A stretch of 64,000 bases of DNA from Candidatus Microsaccharimonas sp. GTDB lineage: Bacteria; Patescibacteriota; Saccharimonadia; Saccharimonadales; Saccharimonadaceae. The stretch's first letter is position 1, and every line of letters starts with the position of its first letter. The stretch spans positions 168,241-232,240 of the forward strand of contig JBASWP010000001.1 in the NCBI GenBank assembly GCA_049276535.1. The letters run 5' to 3'. The notes under the pieces were generated by a model, which saw only the letters and a list, made by a program, of their open reading frames with translations, searched no databases and was not told the origin of the DNA. Below are positions 1 through 10,599 of this stretch, in pieces. Both the position numbers and the translations under genes were made by a program.

Positions 1-26
1 TTGGAGCGCTATACTCCCCGAAACTA

Positions 27-2348
27 TTATTTATTCGTGTCGTTATTGTCTGAATCGTTGCTGTTGAACCACGGATTAGCAGGTTTTTCTTCGGTCGGTG
101 TCTCGGTAGCTTCTGGCTCAACGTGTGTCTGGGTCGGGGTAGGTACGACTGGCGCAACACTCTGAACATCTGGTGGCGAACCTGGGGTAACAGTGACGTG
201 TTGGGCAGGATCACCAGGACTTGCTGGAACGACAGTTCCTTGAGCGACACCAGCATTGTAGATAACATGGTGCTTACGATGACGAACAATCAGGAATACT
301 CCGACGCCGGCACCTATGAGGACGATGATTCCCCCGACAATTACAGGGATGAGTGGGAAGTCTTGGGTGTCTTCGCCGTTAGCAATTCGCTTCTGGGCTG
401 CTGCGATAAATTCGGCTGCCTTTGAGTGATTTGGATACAACGCTTGGACCTTTTCAAAGTTCTTGACTGCTTTTGAGTAGTAAGAGGTATAGAAGTAATT
501 GATACCTTGTTCCCATAGGGCTTGGGTTTCACTATTAACGTCTAATGTGATGCCGCTCTCGTTGGCTAAGTCAGTGAGATCCTTGATGTCACGGATATAG
601 TTGTATGTTCCATCACCCGCACCAGTGGCATCGATGCTATACGTAGCGATACCTACTACTGATCCATTATCTTCAAAGGCTGGACCGCCACTATTTCCAT
701 GGCCAACCGTCGCATCGGTTTCGATGAGCATCTTATCGCTACCCGATGCTTTCTTCTTCGAAGATACTTTACCAGTTGTCAGTGTTGCTTCTGCGGTTGT
801 TGATTCAACAATGCCGTTATCTGATGCGTTTCCTGGATAACCAAGGATTGAAAGGCTGGCACCCTGGGTAAGGTCTTCTATGCTTCCAATTTTCGTAATC
901 GGATAATTAGTACCGTCGATTTTGATGATCGCAACGTCAGATGACTTGTACCCATTAATACCATCAATCGCACGATAGTCAGCGGCTTTTAGGGTTGCTT
1001 TGACCGTGTTCTCTTCGCTGTATTCTTGACGCTTACCCGTTGCTTCAAGCAGCTTGGCAGTGTCGATTTCGGCCTTGCTTAGTACGACTAATATATTACT
1101 CACATCATTAGTTTTTGCAATGCGCGAATCGCTAATGTTATACATAGCGTCGATCATGATACTGATCGCTTCTTCCTGGGTTGAGTTAGCAGGAATGTCA
1201 CTCGTCTTTAGTGTTGTTAGTGACAGCAAGTAGTTAACATATTTCGGGTCACCCTTTGATGCATAGTAGTTAAAGGCATCACGAATCACGACGTCTTTTG
1301 GCGTTACCGATGCGACGTGTCCGTTGGTGGCGAGGTAGCCGTCTTGGCTAACGAAAAATCCTGAACCTGATGATGCTTTACAAGCGTTGGTCAGATATAG
1401 TTTTGAATCGATCGTGATATCCATACAGTAGGCATGGTAGATCTTTGCCACTGCCGGTGCGTACAAGGCCGCAATTTTTTCAGAACTTCCAATAGCTGGC
1501 GCATCGGTGGCCGCTGATGCTAATTGTGAACCGGTAATGACATCCAGTAGATCACGAGATTCTTTGATCTTTGTCGCAATTTCGTTAGATGGCGCTGCAA
1601 TGTAGCCGACTCTATCACCAAAGCTGATTGACGAGGTGACTTTTTCAAAGAAACTCTCGTCAGTACTACCGATTCCCAGTGATATGACAATCGTCACTAC
1701 GTTATTCTGGACCAATCCAGTATAGGTTAGGAAACGAGCGTTGATATTCGAAGGAAGCGTACCGCTAGCTTTTGATTCCCACACACTGCGGATGAAATCT
1801 TGGCCACCTACCTTAACATTATCAAAACTAAGCTTACTTAGATTAGCAGCATCCAATCCGCCGTCTTGCAAAGCAATCGCTTCGAGGGGATCGTTAGCAC
1901 TGGCATTACCAGGATGGATAGTAAAGGTAAAGGCAGTTCCGTCAGTACTGTCTTTTGAGGTAAAGTTAGGAGCAATCCGTACAATGTTATAGCCGCGTTC
2001 TTTGTTCAGTTCGGTTCCTAAGTAAAGGTCACCCGTCGTACCTTCAACTGCGCTAGCGTAAAACGCCCGTTGGTCATATGACAAATTAAATCCATATGAC
2101 GAAGAAATTTTTACATCATAGGCTTTGTTTTGATCGAATAGGTCACTAACAAAACTGTTACTGCTCGCAAAGCCGCTAATCAGACGATCGCGGTATTGAA
2201 TAAGAAAAATAGCCAGTAACACGAGGGCAACGATAGATACCGTTACTAATCCAACGTGCCTTTTTCGATACGGTTTGGCGTGGTGAGCCCTTAATTTAAC
2301 CTGTTTATGAACAGTAGCTTTGCGATGACTCGTTTTTTTCCCAACCAT
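27..2348 (-). CDS. Membrane-anchored trypsin-like (S1/HtrA-like) serine protease with C-terminal TM and Pro/Thr-rich tail
   Basis: Translation shows an N-terminal TM segment, a 'TNGHVASV' His region and the 'GHGNSGGP' catalytic Ser motif typical of chymotrypsin-fold proteases. A second TM and a P/T-rich acidic tail sit at the C-terminus. Confidence 0.6.
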   Translation of the reverse strand: MVGKKTSHRKATVHKQVKLRAHHAKPYRKRHVGLVTVSIVALVLLAIFLIQYRDRLISGFASSNSFVSDLFDQNKAYDVKISSSYGFNLSYDQRAFYASAVEGTTGDLYLGTELNKERGYNIVRIAPNFTSKDSTDGTAFTFTIHPGNASANDPLEAIALQDGGLDAANLSKLSFDNVKVGGQDFIRSVWESKASGTLPSNINARFLTYTGLVQNNVVTIVISLGIGSTDESFFEKVTSSISFGDRVGYIAAPSNEIATKIKESRDLLDVITGSQLASAATDAPAIGSSEKIAALYAPAVAKIYHAYCMDITIDSKLYLTNACKASSGSGFFVSQDGYLATNGHVASVTPKDVVIRDAFNYYASKGDPKYVNYLLSLTTLKTSDIPANSTQEEAISIMIDAMYNISDSRIAKTNDVSNILVVLSKAEIDTAKLLEATGKRQEYSEENTVKATLKAADYRAIDGINGYKSSDVAIIKIDGTNYPITKIGSIEDLTQGASLSILGYPGNASDNGIVESTTAEATLTTGKVSSKKKASGSDKMLIETDATVGHGNSGGPAFEDNGSVVGIATYSIDATGAGDGTYNYIRDIKDLTDLANESGITLDVNSETQALWEQGINYFYTSYYSKAVKNFEKVQALYPNHSKAAEFIAAAQKRIANGEDTQDFPLIPVIVGGIIVLIGAGVGVFLIVRHRKHHVIYNAGVAQGTVVPASPGDPAQHVTVTPGSPPDVQSVAPVVPTPTQTHVEPEATETPTEEKPANPWFNSNDSDNNDTNK

Positions 2349-2413
2349 GTTTCCCTCGGTTTAAATACTGACGCTATTCTACCATACCGCTTGTGTTTTT
2401 AAACCAGCGAAAT

Positions 2414-2938
2414 TTAAGCTGATGTGGACAACACCAACCCAATACGAATAATCAGAATAACTAGAGTGGCAATAATGGCTGAAACCACCAATCGCGGATA
2501 CCGCGTGATCCAGGCGAATAATGCGTAACACAGACCATACAGTAGAATCGACCAAGCAATCACCTCAAACCATGCCAAACCTGTTGTCCACGTTGCCAGT
2601 GACCACAAGATAGCTGCCGTACCGACGGTAATAATCACTGGTTGTGCTACACGTAGACGAACCAGAACTAATAGACCTAGTAGTGCCGACATAATGGCCG
2701 CTACATTCCCAGCTAGCCCAGTTGCATTCACACAGTTTGTGGCCGCGTTCGCAATTTGGCGACAGGCAAGCGGTTCAATGACATAGTTAGTTAATAGAAC
2801 GGTTAATATCCACGACACAAGTCCGAACGCCAGTCCGATCAGGACCGTCCTTAGCCAGATTTGCCACGGCCGAGCGACCGGATACTCAATCTCGGTTTGT
2901 ATTACTTTTGCCACGATGAACCCCTGTTTTCTGCCCAC
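2414..2938 (-). CDS. Polytopic membrane protein, function unknown
   Basis: 174-aa ORF that is hydrophobic throughout with several predicted TM helices. It overlaps the upstream ORF by about 50 nt, so the true start may be internal. Confidence 0.4.
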   Translation of the reverse strand: MGRKQGFIVAKVIQTEIEYPVARPWQIWLRTVLIGLAFGLVSWILTVLLTNYVIEPLACRQIANAATNCVNATGLAGNVAAIMSALLGLLVLVRLRVAQPVIITVGTAAILWSLATWTTGLAWFEVIAWSILLYGLCYALFAWITRYPRLVVSAIIATLVILIIRIGLVLSTSA

Positions 2939-3398
2939 CCGGTTTATTCATATACCATAGCGCCCCAACCAGCGCGATCATAATACCAGCGATCACGTCC
3001 AGCGGAGTATGAACCAGTGCCACTACCCTGCCAACAGCGATCAATAGTACTAGTATAACTAATACAGCGGTAGTTTTCTTCATTCTGGTTTCAAACCAGA
3101 CAGCAGCAGTGATTGCGGTGACGAACAAGGCATGATCAGACGGAAAGCCCGGATTGTTCAAATACAGCGCACCCGGTTCGACGCCCAGTAGTTCAAACGG
3201 GCGCTCTAATGATGGCTGATAAATGCTGGCAGCAAACTTTGCCAGCAGATAGGCCGTTAGGCCAGCCATCAGAATGCGACTGTACGATTCAAAGCGATGA
3301 CCCTTTGGAACTTTGAACAGCAGAACAAAAGCGCCAATCAGAATGACAGGGACAATAGCAGCGTCGGCGATGAGGCGGATGAGGACGTCGTAGGTCAT
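2886..3398 (-). CDS. PAP2-family (type 2 phosphatidic acid / undecaprenyl-PP) phosphatase
   Basis: Carries the 'PSDH' and 'GRVVALVHTPLDVIAG' motifs (PSGH / SRx5Hx3D of the PAP2 family) within a polytopic membrane protein. Confidence 0.55.
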   Translation of the reverse strand: MTYDVLIRLIADAAIVPVILIGAFVLLFKVPKGHRFESYSRILMAGLTAYLLAKFAASIYQPSLERPFELLGVEPGALYLNNPGFPSDHALFVTAITAAVWFETRMKKTTAVLVILVLLIAVGRVVALVHTPLDVIAGIMIALVGALWYMNKPGGQKTGVHRGKSNTNRD

Positions 3399-3507
3399 AT
3401 GTATTATGATACACCCGTGAGAAACTCGTTTGTTACATAAATGTTAAGATTTATTTAAAATATTTAGTATATTCTTAAGAAAACATTAGCAGAAAGTATA
3501 AAGAAAT

Positions 3508-4182
3508 ATGAAGCTTTTGGTTGTTGAAGATAATCCTAGACTTGCAGATAGAGTGAGACGTCGACTCGGAAAGAAATATTTTATAGACATTGCCGAGACT
3601 GGTAACGAAGCTCTGTATAAGGTTGATAAATACGAGTATGACATTATCATTCTCGATCTCGGTCTTCCAGATATGAACGGTAAAGATGTATGTAAGAAAT
3701 TTAGAGACTCGAATGTTAAGGTTCCGATATTAGTCCTCACTGGCATTGACGAAAAAACGTCTCGTATAGATTTGTTAGATTGTGGCGCAGACGATTACGT
3801 CGTGAAGCCATTTGATAGTGAAGAACTCAGAGCGCGAATCGATGCATTATTAAGAAGAAAGGTACAACGAGAGTTACGTAGAGTTGTTAAATACCAGGAT
3901 CTGATAATCAATCTTGATAATCGTACAGTATCCAGAGCTGGGTCTAACATTAGTTTACGACGAAAAGAATTTGACATCTTGGAATACCTTGTCAGTAACA
4001 ATGGTCGCATTCTCACAAGGGAAATGATAATAAATCACGCTTGGGATGACTACAAAATAAGCCTAAATAGTACAGTCGATGTTCATATAAAGCATCTGCG
4101 CGATAAGATCGATCGACCTTTTGATTTTCCAATAATAAAAACCGCCTATGGTATCGGTTATAAAGTTGAAGCCATAGAATAG
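3508..4182 (+). CDS. OmpR/PhoB-family response regulator
   Basis: Receiver domain ('LLVVEDN', 'IIILDLGLPDMNG', 'VKPF') followed by a winged-helix C-terminal domain. The gene is AT-rich. Confidence 0.85.
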   Translation: MKLLVVEDNPRLADRVRRRLGKKYFIDIAETGNEALYKVDKYEYDIIILDLGLPDMNGKDVCKKFRDSNVKVPILVLTGIDEKTSRIDLLDCGADDYVVKPFDSEELRARIDALLRRKVQRELRRVVKYQDLIINLDNRTVSRAGSNISLRRKEFDILEYLVSNNGRILTREMIINHAWDDYKISLNSTVDVHIKHLRDKIDRPFDFPIIKTAYGIGYKVEAIE

Positions 4183-4184
4183 TA

Positions 4185-5540
4185 ATGAAGATCCGCTCTA
4201 TTTTTTCTACGTTACTCAATACGCCCAACTATTACGGATTTGTAGAAAACTCAAAAAGAATCACAATCGTAATACTCGCAGCAACATTTTTTGTTTCAAT
4301 AGCCTTGACTGTATTACTCATAGTAAGCGTCGTCCTGTTTCATAATTATCACGTTGCCGGCAGAATAGTCATCGGTCTAGTAACAATTTTTTATTTATCA
4401 ATTGCCGGCTATTTAATTACAGTAGGGCATCATCGGATTTCATCATGGATGTTAATTGTACTTTACTCGATCATCGCTAGTGCAATTCTATTGCTTTGGA
4501 GTATCAACGCTCCTATCGGAATACTATTAATGGCCTTCATCATATTTTTAGCAGGAATAATGCTAGGAGCAAACCGAATAATTCCTGTAACTCTTGGCGT
4601 CGTGATACTTATCTCACTTTTACAATTTTTAGATACTGCCAACATATTCAAACCTGATAGAGAACCTCTTTATACCCCTTCTAATTTCGGTGACGTTGCT
4701 AGCTACGGTGTTATATTAGCCATTTTCGCATTGATAGCATGGTTAGCAGGACGTGAGATGGAAGATGCTATAAAAAACGCAAAAGACGCGCAAACATCGC
4801 TTGCCAAGCAAAAACAAATACTCATCGAGAAACTTGATGAACGTACTCGGTTTTTACGAAAAGTTCAGCTCGATGAAATGAAACAGCTGTACCATTTTGC
4901 CGAGTTAGGTCAACTGACTACTGTCATCCTTCACGATCTGGCAAATTACTTAAGCGTACTGACTCTCGATATTGATGACCTAAAAGAATATAAAAAACGT
5001 GATAGCGCTATTATGCGCGCCGAGGAAAGTATTCAATACATCGACAAGATGATAACGTCCGTCCGAATTCGACTAAGGAATGATGACAGATACGAAATAT
5101 TTAACGCTACAAAAACAATCTTACAATCCACCAAAGAATTCGAAATAAAATGCGCGAGGTTTGGTATAAAACTCACACACTCAGGCAATAGAAACAAGTC
5201 TGTTAAAATTTTCGGAGATTCATTGAGATTATCTCAATGTTTAAATATATTAATTAACAATGCCTTAGATGCATCGATCGAATCAAAGACAGATATCATC
5301 ATAAGCTCTGAAATTTCAAAAAAATATCTCCGCATATCCGTGACGGACTTTGGAACAGGAATAAGTAAGCCTGCTAGAAAAGACCTATTCAGTCCTTTGA
5401 TAAGTGGTAAGAAGAATGGAATGGGAATAGGACTTTATATAACCAAGCAGATCATTGAAACCCACTTCAAAGGGCAGATATCATTAAATCCCGATGACAC
5501 AAAAACCGAGTTTTCAATACTTATCCCGCGAAGCAAGTGA
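4185..5540 (+). CDS. Membrane sensor histidine kinase
   Basis: Multiple N-terminal TM helices. H-box 'LHDLANYLSVL', N-box 'INNALDAS', G1 'TDFGTGIS' and G2 'GMGIGLYI'. Lies immediately downstream of the response regulator. Confidence 0.8.
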   Translation: MKIRSIFSTLLNTPNYYGFVENSKRITIVILAATFFVSIALTVLLIVSVVLFHNYHVAGRIVIGLVTIFYLSIAGYLITVGHHRISSWMLIVLYSIIASAILLLWSINAPIGILLMAFIIFLAGIMLGANRIIPVTLGVVILISLLQFLDTANIFKPDREPLYTPSNFGDVASYGVILAIFALIAWLAGREMEDAIKNAKDAQTSLAKQKQILIEKLDERTRFLRKVQLDEMKQLYHFAELGQLTTVILHDLANYLSVLTLDIDDLKEYKKRDSAIMRAEESIQYIDKMITSVRIRLRNDDRYEIFNATKTILQSTKEFEIKCARFGIKLTHSGNRNKSVKIFGDSLRLSQCLNILINNALDASIESKTDIIISSEISKKYLRISVTDFGTGISKPARKDLFSPLISGKKNGMGIGLYITKQIIETHFKGQISLNPDDTKTEFSILIPRSK

Positions 5541-5541
5541 C

Positions 5542-7338
5542 TTACAACTGCGACTCAAACATCCTATAAAAAGCACCCTTATTCCCCACTAGCTCTTCGT
5601 ACGTTCCCTGCTCTACCAGCTTGCCGTCTTTCATCATGAATATCACGTCGGCTTTTTTCACCGTGCTTAGGCGGTGGCTAATGGTAATAATCGTTTTGTC
5701 TTTTTCTGCGAATAGGTGTTTAAAGATGCGTGATTCAGCCAGTGCGTCGATGGCGCTAGTCGGTTCGTCCAGAATAATAATCGGGCTGTTGCGGTAGAAG
5801 TTACGTGCTAAGGCTAGTCGTTGCCACTGCCCGCCGGATAGGTCAACGCCTTTGTTGCCGTCGTCGTCTTCCATCCAAGTGTGAACGTAGTTGTTAATGC
5901 CGTTTGGCAGCTTTTCCAGGAACTTGCGGGCTTCGGCCATGTCCAGCGCGTTATCAAAACGCTCTTGGTCGAATGGTTTACTGACGTCACCGTAGTACAC
6001 ATTGTCCTTCGCATTAGCAAAGCCAAACGCCAAATAATCCTGGCGCAGCACGGCCAAATGTTTATGCCAGCTGTTCACGTCGTATTCAGACAGAGGTGTG
6101 CCGTCTAGTAGCACGCTCCCTTCGCTGGGGTGATACAAACCAGTGATAATCTTTACTAACGTCGATTTACCGGCGCCGTTCTCGCCCACGATCGCAACGT
6201 GTTGACCTTGTTTAATGTCAAAGGTGACGCCGTTTAGCACCTTGTTCTTTGATTGCGGATAGTTAAATGTCACGTTATCTATCTGGATTAGGTTCACCTT
6301 GCCACGGAAACGCTTAGTCGCTGGTTCTTTTTCAGGCATATCGGTAAAGCGCTGGTATTCCACCAGATTCGCCAGGTCTTCGTCGATATTATTCAGGGTT
6401 GAAATGAAACTGCCGGCCGCACCGAGGGCGCGCGATGTCACCTGTTGCACGTAAATAAAGTGTCCGATCGGCAGTGCTTGGTTGATGATCTGCAGCACCG
6501 TCCAGATCAGAGCAGTCACTTCAGCGGCGGCTTCCAGTCCATTCGCGCCTAAGCGTTTCAAGATATACTGACGTTCGAATTCAATCCGGACCTTTTCGTC
6601 CTTGTCGCGCAGTTTAGCGCGTAGATCTAGCAGGTAGCGACCCATACTATACAGGCGCAGTTCCGCCATGTGCTGTGGCTGCAGCAGATTCCATTCGATA
6701 ATACTAATCGAACGACGCGTATCGATGTTGCTATTCCAATGCTTAATTTGCGCCCGTGACAGGCGGAACTGAATAATGACGCCCGGAATTACCGCCGCTA
6801 ACAGAATCAAGCCCAGCCACCAACTGACCAGCGCCATCGCGACTAGTCCAGCGACTAACGTAAAGAACTGGCTAAGGATGTCAGCCAGCCGGCTAAAGAC
6901 ATATGGGAAGAACCGTGCGAACTGCGACGCCTTGTCGAAGGTATCAATCGTGTCTTTATCGTCGTAGAATGCAAAATCTAGGCGCAGGAAATGTTCATAC
7001 AAATTATCCGCGATGGCCGTTTCTATTCGGTAGCGCAGCATTTGTCCGATATAATTTTCAATCGTTGACCAGGCCGTCGATAGAATACCGAGGATAGCCG
7101 TGATAATGACGTACAGCAATACTCGCCCACCAGCTGTTTCATCGCCGTTAAACGCCTCGGCCAGTGCCGTCGTCGTCGTCGCGGCGAAAAAGGTAGTCAC
7201 AATTGGCAACACCGCATTAAAGATCGAGGTAAACAACTGAACAAAGACCGCAAGCGGCGCAGTTCTATACGTCATGACAGCGACTTTGCCAATCGCTTTG
7301 AAACGCTCTTTATGTGACAATTTTATTGGTTCGGCCAT
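5542..7338 (-). CDS. ABC exporter, fused permease/ATPase (MsbA-like)
   Basis: N-terminal six-TM domain. Walker A 'GENGAGKST', signature 'LSGGQWQRLALAR', Walker B 'IIILDEPTSAID'. Confidence 0.85.
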   Translation of the reverse strand: MAEPIKLSHKERFKAIGKVAVMTYRTAPLAVFVQLFTSIFNAVLPIVTTFFAATTTTALAEAFNGDETAGGRVLLYVIITAILGILSTAWSTIENYIGQMLRYRIETAIADNLYEHFLRLDFAFYDDKDTIDTFDKASQFARFFPYVFSRLADILSQFFTLVAGLVAMALVSWWLGLILLAAVIPGVIIQFRLSRAQIKHWNSNIDTRRSISIIEWNLLQPQHMAELRLYSMGRYLLDLRAKLRDKDEKVRIEFERQYILKRLGANGLEAAAEVTALIWTVLQIINQALPIGHFIYVQQVTSRALGAAGSFISTLNNIDEDLANLVEYQRFTDMPEKEPATKRFRGKVNLIQIDNVTFNYPQSKNKVLNGVTFDIKQGQHVAIVGENGAGKSTLVKIITGLYHPSEGSVLLDGTPLSEYDVNSWHKHLAVLRQDYLAFGFANAKDNVYYGDVSKPFDQERFDNALDMAEARKFLEKLPNGINNYVHTWMEDDDGNKGVDLSGGQWQRLALARNFYRNSPIIILDEPTSAIDALAESRIFKHLFAEKDKTIITISHRLSTVKKADVIFMMKDGKLVEQGTYEELVGNKGAFYRMFESQL

Positions 7339-7384
7339 CTAGAAAATCATAGCATAAAAGCCCCCTACATTAAGGGGCTTTTAT

Positions 7385-9829
7385 TTAGATACGAGCCAGT
7401 TCGGCGTCTGATGTCAGATAGATTTTTAATGGCGGCTTGGCTTCGCTGTCATTCTCGATTGCTTTGACATAAGTACTCACACGAGTCGTCTCTTTTTCTT
7501 GTTGATTCATTACACTTAGTACCTCGAGGTCCAGACCTTCTGCCTCTAGACAGGTCGACCATGCATCGTAGGTATGTTTGCTGCCTTCGGGCAGTAATCG
7601 TAGATGGGCGATACGTTCGGTGATCGCACTTTTACCATCACCTATAATTCCTTCTTCAGTTTCAACGACTTGCTGACACATGAATGTTTGTAGAACGGTC
7701 AGGGCTGCAGCATTGAGGTGCTGTAGGCGCTCTTTATTTACGACACGTTTCTTGCCAGTCAGAATATTCATATCAGGGTCGATGAGGAATCGAACCGGTT
7801 TTACGCCATTTAATTTTACCGTTCCAATGAATGCCTGTGGATTCTTCGGATGTTTGCGTAGTTCTAATCGAACAGCCGCTTGCTCGTTATCGGTACCTGT
7901 TAGCTCGGCAGCAATACCGCGAATATTCATGAATCGGCGTCGGTTTTTCAAAATGTCGTCACGCAGTCCATCAATAATTTCGCGAGGGTCATATTCACCG
8001 CTAAACAATTGCTCCATACGCGCATCGCTTAGTACCGTTTCAAGATCATGTAATCCATGACTGTCTTCTTCGGTTTTGTGGCGCATCATGCCACTAAAGC
8101 CTGATTCATCATCGAAGAAAAGGTGGTTACGTGAATACATACCGCCACTTCGTTCGCCGAATCGCTTTTTCGCGGCCTCGAGAACGTCTGGGTTAACCTG
8201 TTTCAGTCGTTCCTCTTCCTCGGCCAGATCCTCTTCGTTTTGTCCGAATATACCGATAATGTATCCGTCGCCCATGTCGACTTCTCGTTTCAGTTTTAAG
8301 TAGTCACGTGCCATGTCTATCAGTGGCGCGTTACCAAACAATGTCGAGTTTGTCTTGGCCAAGTGTTCGTTCATTTTAAGCGTCGCTTCGAGTGTACGAT
8401 CCGTCAGGTATACATCACTGTCGCTACGAACTAAAGAATCAGACGACAGGACTGCACGAATAAATGCTTCTTGTGAAGGGCTTTTCGCGACTGCATAGTG
8501 GATTAAGTAGTCATTCATACGGCCTTCGCCGAATTCACTATCGAACAGAAAGTCAGTATATTCAGTCATGTCGACAGGTAGATCATGGATCGCCTCTTGA
8601 ATACTTTGCATCGCAAAATGTCGTGCCTTATATTCCTCCGCACCGATTTCACCGACAGCCTCACGTTGAATTGCGAAAATTGCCGATTCATTCCCCTTCA
8701 ATGATCCTTGTTGAAAACGCTGAACAAAACTAGCGGTTTGTTCGACGACACCAGCATTTTCATGACTGTAAGGATTGAGATTCTTACGTTTGAATTCTTT
8801 AGCTGATCCTTCAATCATTGCGTCGGTTAATTCAACCATAACGTCATCATTAACACCCATTTTTATATCCGTAACAGCACGTCCAGCGGTCAGCAAACGT
8901 GCCATCAAGTCAGGGCGATGAAAGCCCGCGCCGCCAAACGACTGCAAATACACGTTGTACATTGCATTGTTCGGAATGACCGATTTGTCTTTGAACTCAA
9001 TAATATTCAGCCCGTACCGAGCCGCTATAGGTTCATCAGCAACACGCAGGATACCGCGTATAAAATTCTCGTAATGAACGATGGTCTGCTCGGACGTCAC
9101 GCCCAAAAAGGGTTTGAAATAGCTACCGATGAGGGTTTTACGCACATCTTGCTGGGCAATGCTTGGTCTGTTAGCCATACGAAGCCAGTTGGCAATATCA
9201 TCGGGGTCAGTATCACGAGCATTCGCTTCGATAAACTTTCCGACACGTTCGGAAATCAGTCCTTTTACTTCACTACGTGCTTGTTCGGATACGTCATCCT
9301 TGGCGATGATACTCTCTAACATGACCGCCAGTCGATGCGGCTCGGCCATAAGTTCTGCCGCCTTTACTGACTGAAGATCCTGCTTTAAGGCACGCTCTGC
9401 GGCTTCTTTCTGTTTTCGGGTGGGGATTTTGTCCATTCCAGCTAGACGCTCGGCGTGGTTTGCTAATACATCATGTACCAGTTGGATGTCCCTTTGACGA
9501 CCTTCGTAGTATTCAGCCTGTGTTTCGGTATCTTCAATAGAATCAAGTAGTGACTCGTAATCTTGTTCAGGTGCCGTCGAGACGGTATCATCATCGAGTG
9601 TCGAGACGTTTCCCTCGGCCCTTCGCAGTACTTTACCAAACGCTGATGCAGCATTTTGGAGTTCACTGTGAATATCGTGGGCTTCGTCATACCTCGAGTC
9701 AGTTTCGATCTCCTCTAACACACTCTCCTGTTCTTCAGGTGATTCGTTTTCGTATACATCTAACAATTCCCGCTCTTCTTTATAGAGGCGAGAGGCTTCG
9801 GATACCTTCATTGACTCCGGCATATCCAT
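7385..9829 (-). CDS. Large acidic hypothetical protein (814 aa)
   Basis: Long ORF in the background composition. No motif recognised by eye. Very acidic N-terminus. Confidence 0.4.
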   Translation of the reverse strand: MDMPESMKVSEASRLYKEERELLDVYENESPEEQESVLEEIETDSRYDEAHDIHSELQNAASAFGKVLRRAEGNVSTLDDDTVSTAPEQDYESLLDSIEDTETQAEYYEGRQRDIQLVHDVLANHAERLAGMDKIPTRKQKEAAERALKQDLQSVKAAELMAEPHRLAVMLESIIAKDDVSEQARSEVKGLISERVGKFIEANARDTDPDDIANWLRMANRPSIAQQDVRKTLIGSYFKPFLGVTSEQTIVHYENFIRGILRVADEPIAARYGLNIIEFKDKSVIPNNAMYNVYLQSFGGAGFHRPDLMARLLTAGRAVTDIKMGVNDDVMVELTDAMIEGSAKEFKRKNLNPYSHENAGVVEQTASFVQRFQQGSLKGNESAIFAIQREAVGEIGAEEYKARHFAMQSIQEAIHDLPVDMTEYTDFLFDSEFGEGRMNDYLIHYAVAKSPSQEAFIRAVLSSDSLVRSDSDVYLTDRTLEATLKMNEHLAKTNSTLFGNAPLIDMARDYLKLKREVDMGDGYIIGIFGQNEEDLAEEEERLKQVNPDVLEAAKKRFGERSGGMYSRNHLFFDDESGFSGMMRHKTEEDSHGLHDLETVLSDARMEQLFSGEYDPREIIDGLRDDILKNRRRFMNIRGIAAELTGTDNEQAAVRLELRKHPKNPQAFIGTVKLNGVKPVRFLIDPDMNILTGKKRVVNKERLQHLNAAALTVLQTFMCQQVVETEEGIIGDGKSAITERIAHLRLLPEGSKHTYDAWSTCLEAEGLDLEVLSVMNQQEKETTRVSTYVKAIENDSEAKPPLKIYLTSDAELARI

Positions 9830-9880
9830 ATTCGGTAAATGATACCATAAATACGAATAAAAGTCAATGTGTATAAAGGG

Positions 9881-10165
9881 TTACGGCTGTAAAACGGCGA
9901 GGATATTCCCTGCCGGGTCCTTGAACCAAGCGATATCTGGCCCTTGATTAGCTGCTTTGCCACGCAATATCCCTTTTTCGTCTTGTTCACCCGGCATATT
10001 ATCGTAGCGTTCAAACGTCAGGCCGTGATGACCGGCGCCTAAATGATCGACGGTCGCATCGATATCTTCGACAACTTTTAAATCGAGTGTCCCGACGTAG
10101 AATTCGCGGGCTTTTTCCAGATTATCAACCGATAATCCGCTAAATGATGATAACGCAGTGAGCAT
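9881..10165 (-). CDS. Small VOC/glyoxalase-like domain protein
   Basis: 94-aa ORF whose 'LSVDNLEKAREFYVGTLDL...FKDPAGNILAV' pattern resembles the glyoxalase/bleomycin-resistance fold. Confidence 0.4.
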   Translation of the reverse strand: MLTALSSFSGLSVDNLEKAREFYVGTLDLKVVEDIDATVDHLGAGHHGLTFERYDNMPGEQDEKGILRGKAANQGPDIAWFKDPAGNILAVLQP

Positions 10166-10197
10166 GAATCCTCCTTTGTTATGTACGATGGTTGAAA

Positions 10198-10563
10198 TTA
10201 ATTGCCAGCGCTAGCATCGAGTGTTTCAAGTTTGCGGGCATACTCCTCAATGGTAGTGACGTCAGGAAAGAGTAAGTAATAATCAAGTAAGAATGCCTTT
10301 TGGACACTGGCTGGTTCACTACCGTCTATGTCTTTGTGCGCGTCTTTTTTCCAATATAGCTCGGCAAACCGTGCATAATCAAATGCTTCCTTGTTTGGGT
10401 TTGAGGCAATAGCCGCCTGCAGGGCGGCATCGGTTGCTGCGTCCTTCTCGGTCCATGCCTCACTCTCTACAAGATCATCGACGCTGACGCCGAATTTTAA
10501 TTCGCTCTCTCCGGACGGAGTAGCAGTGTCGGTATGGGGGGTAGTGTGTTCATCAAATGTCAT
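10198..10563 (-). CDS. Hypothetical protein
   Basis: 121-aa ORF in an operon-like array with its neighbours. Acidic. Confidence 0.35.
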   Translation of the reverse strand: MTFDEHTTPHTDTATPSGESELKFGVSVDDLVESEAWTEKDAATDAALQAAIASNPNKEAFDYARFAELYWKKDAHKDIDGSEPASVQKAFLLDYYLLFPDVTTIEEYARKLETLDASAGN

Positions 10564-10599
10564 AATTGCGTGTCTCCTAATAAGTTAATTATACCATAA

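Noticed and set aside
2886-2938. 53-nt overlap between PAP2 phosphatase gene and downstream membrane-protein ORF as a programmed overlap
   Set aside because: This is more simply explained by the downstream gene starting at a later in-frame Met. There is no slippery sequence.
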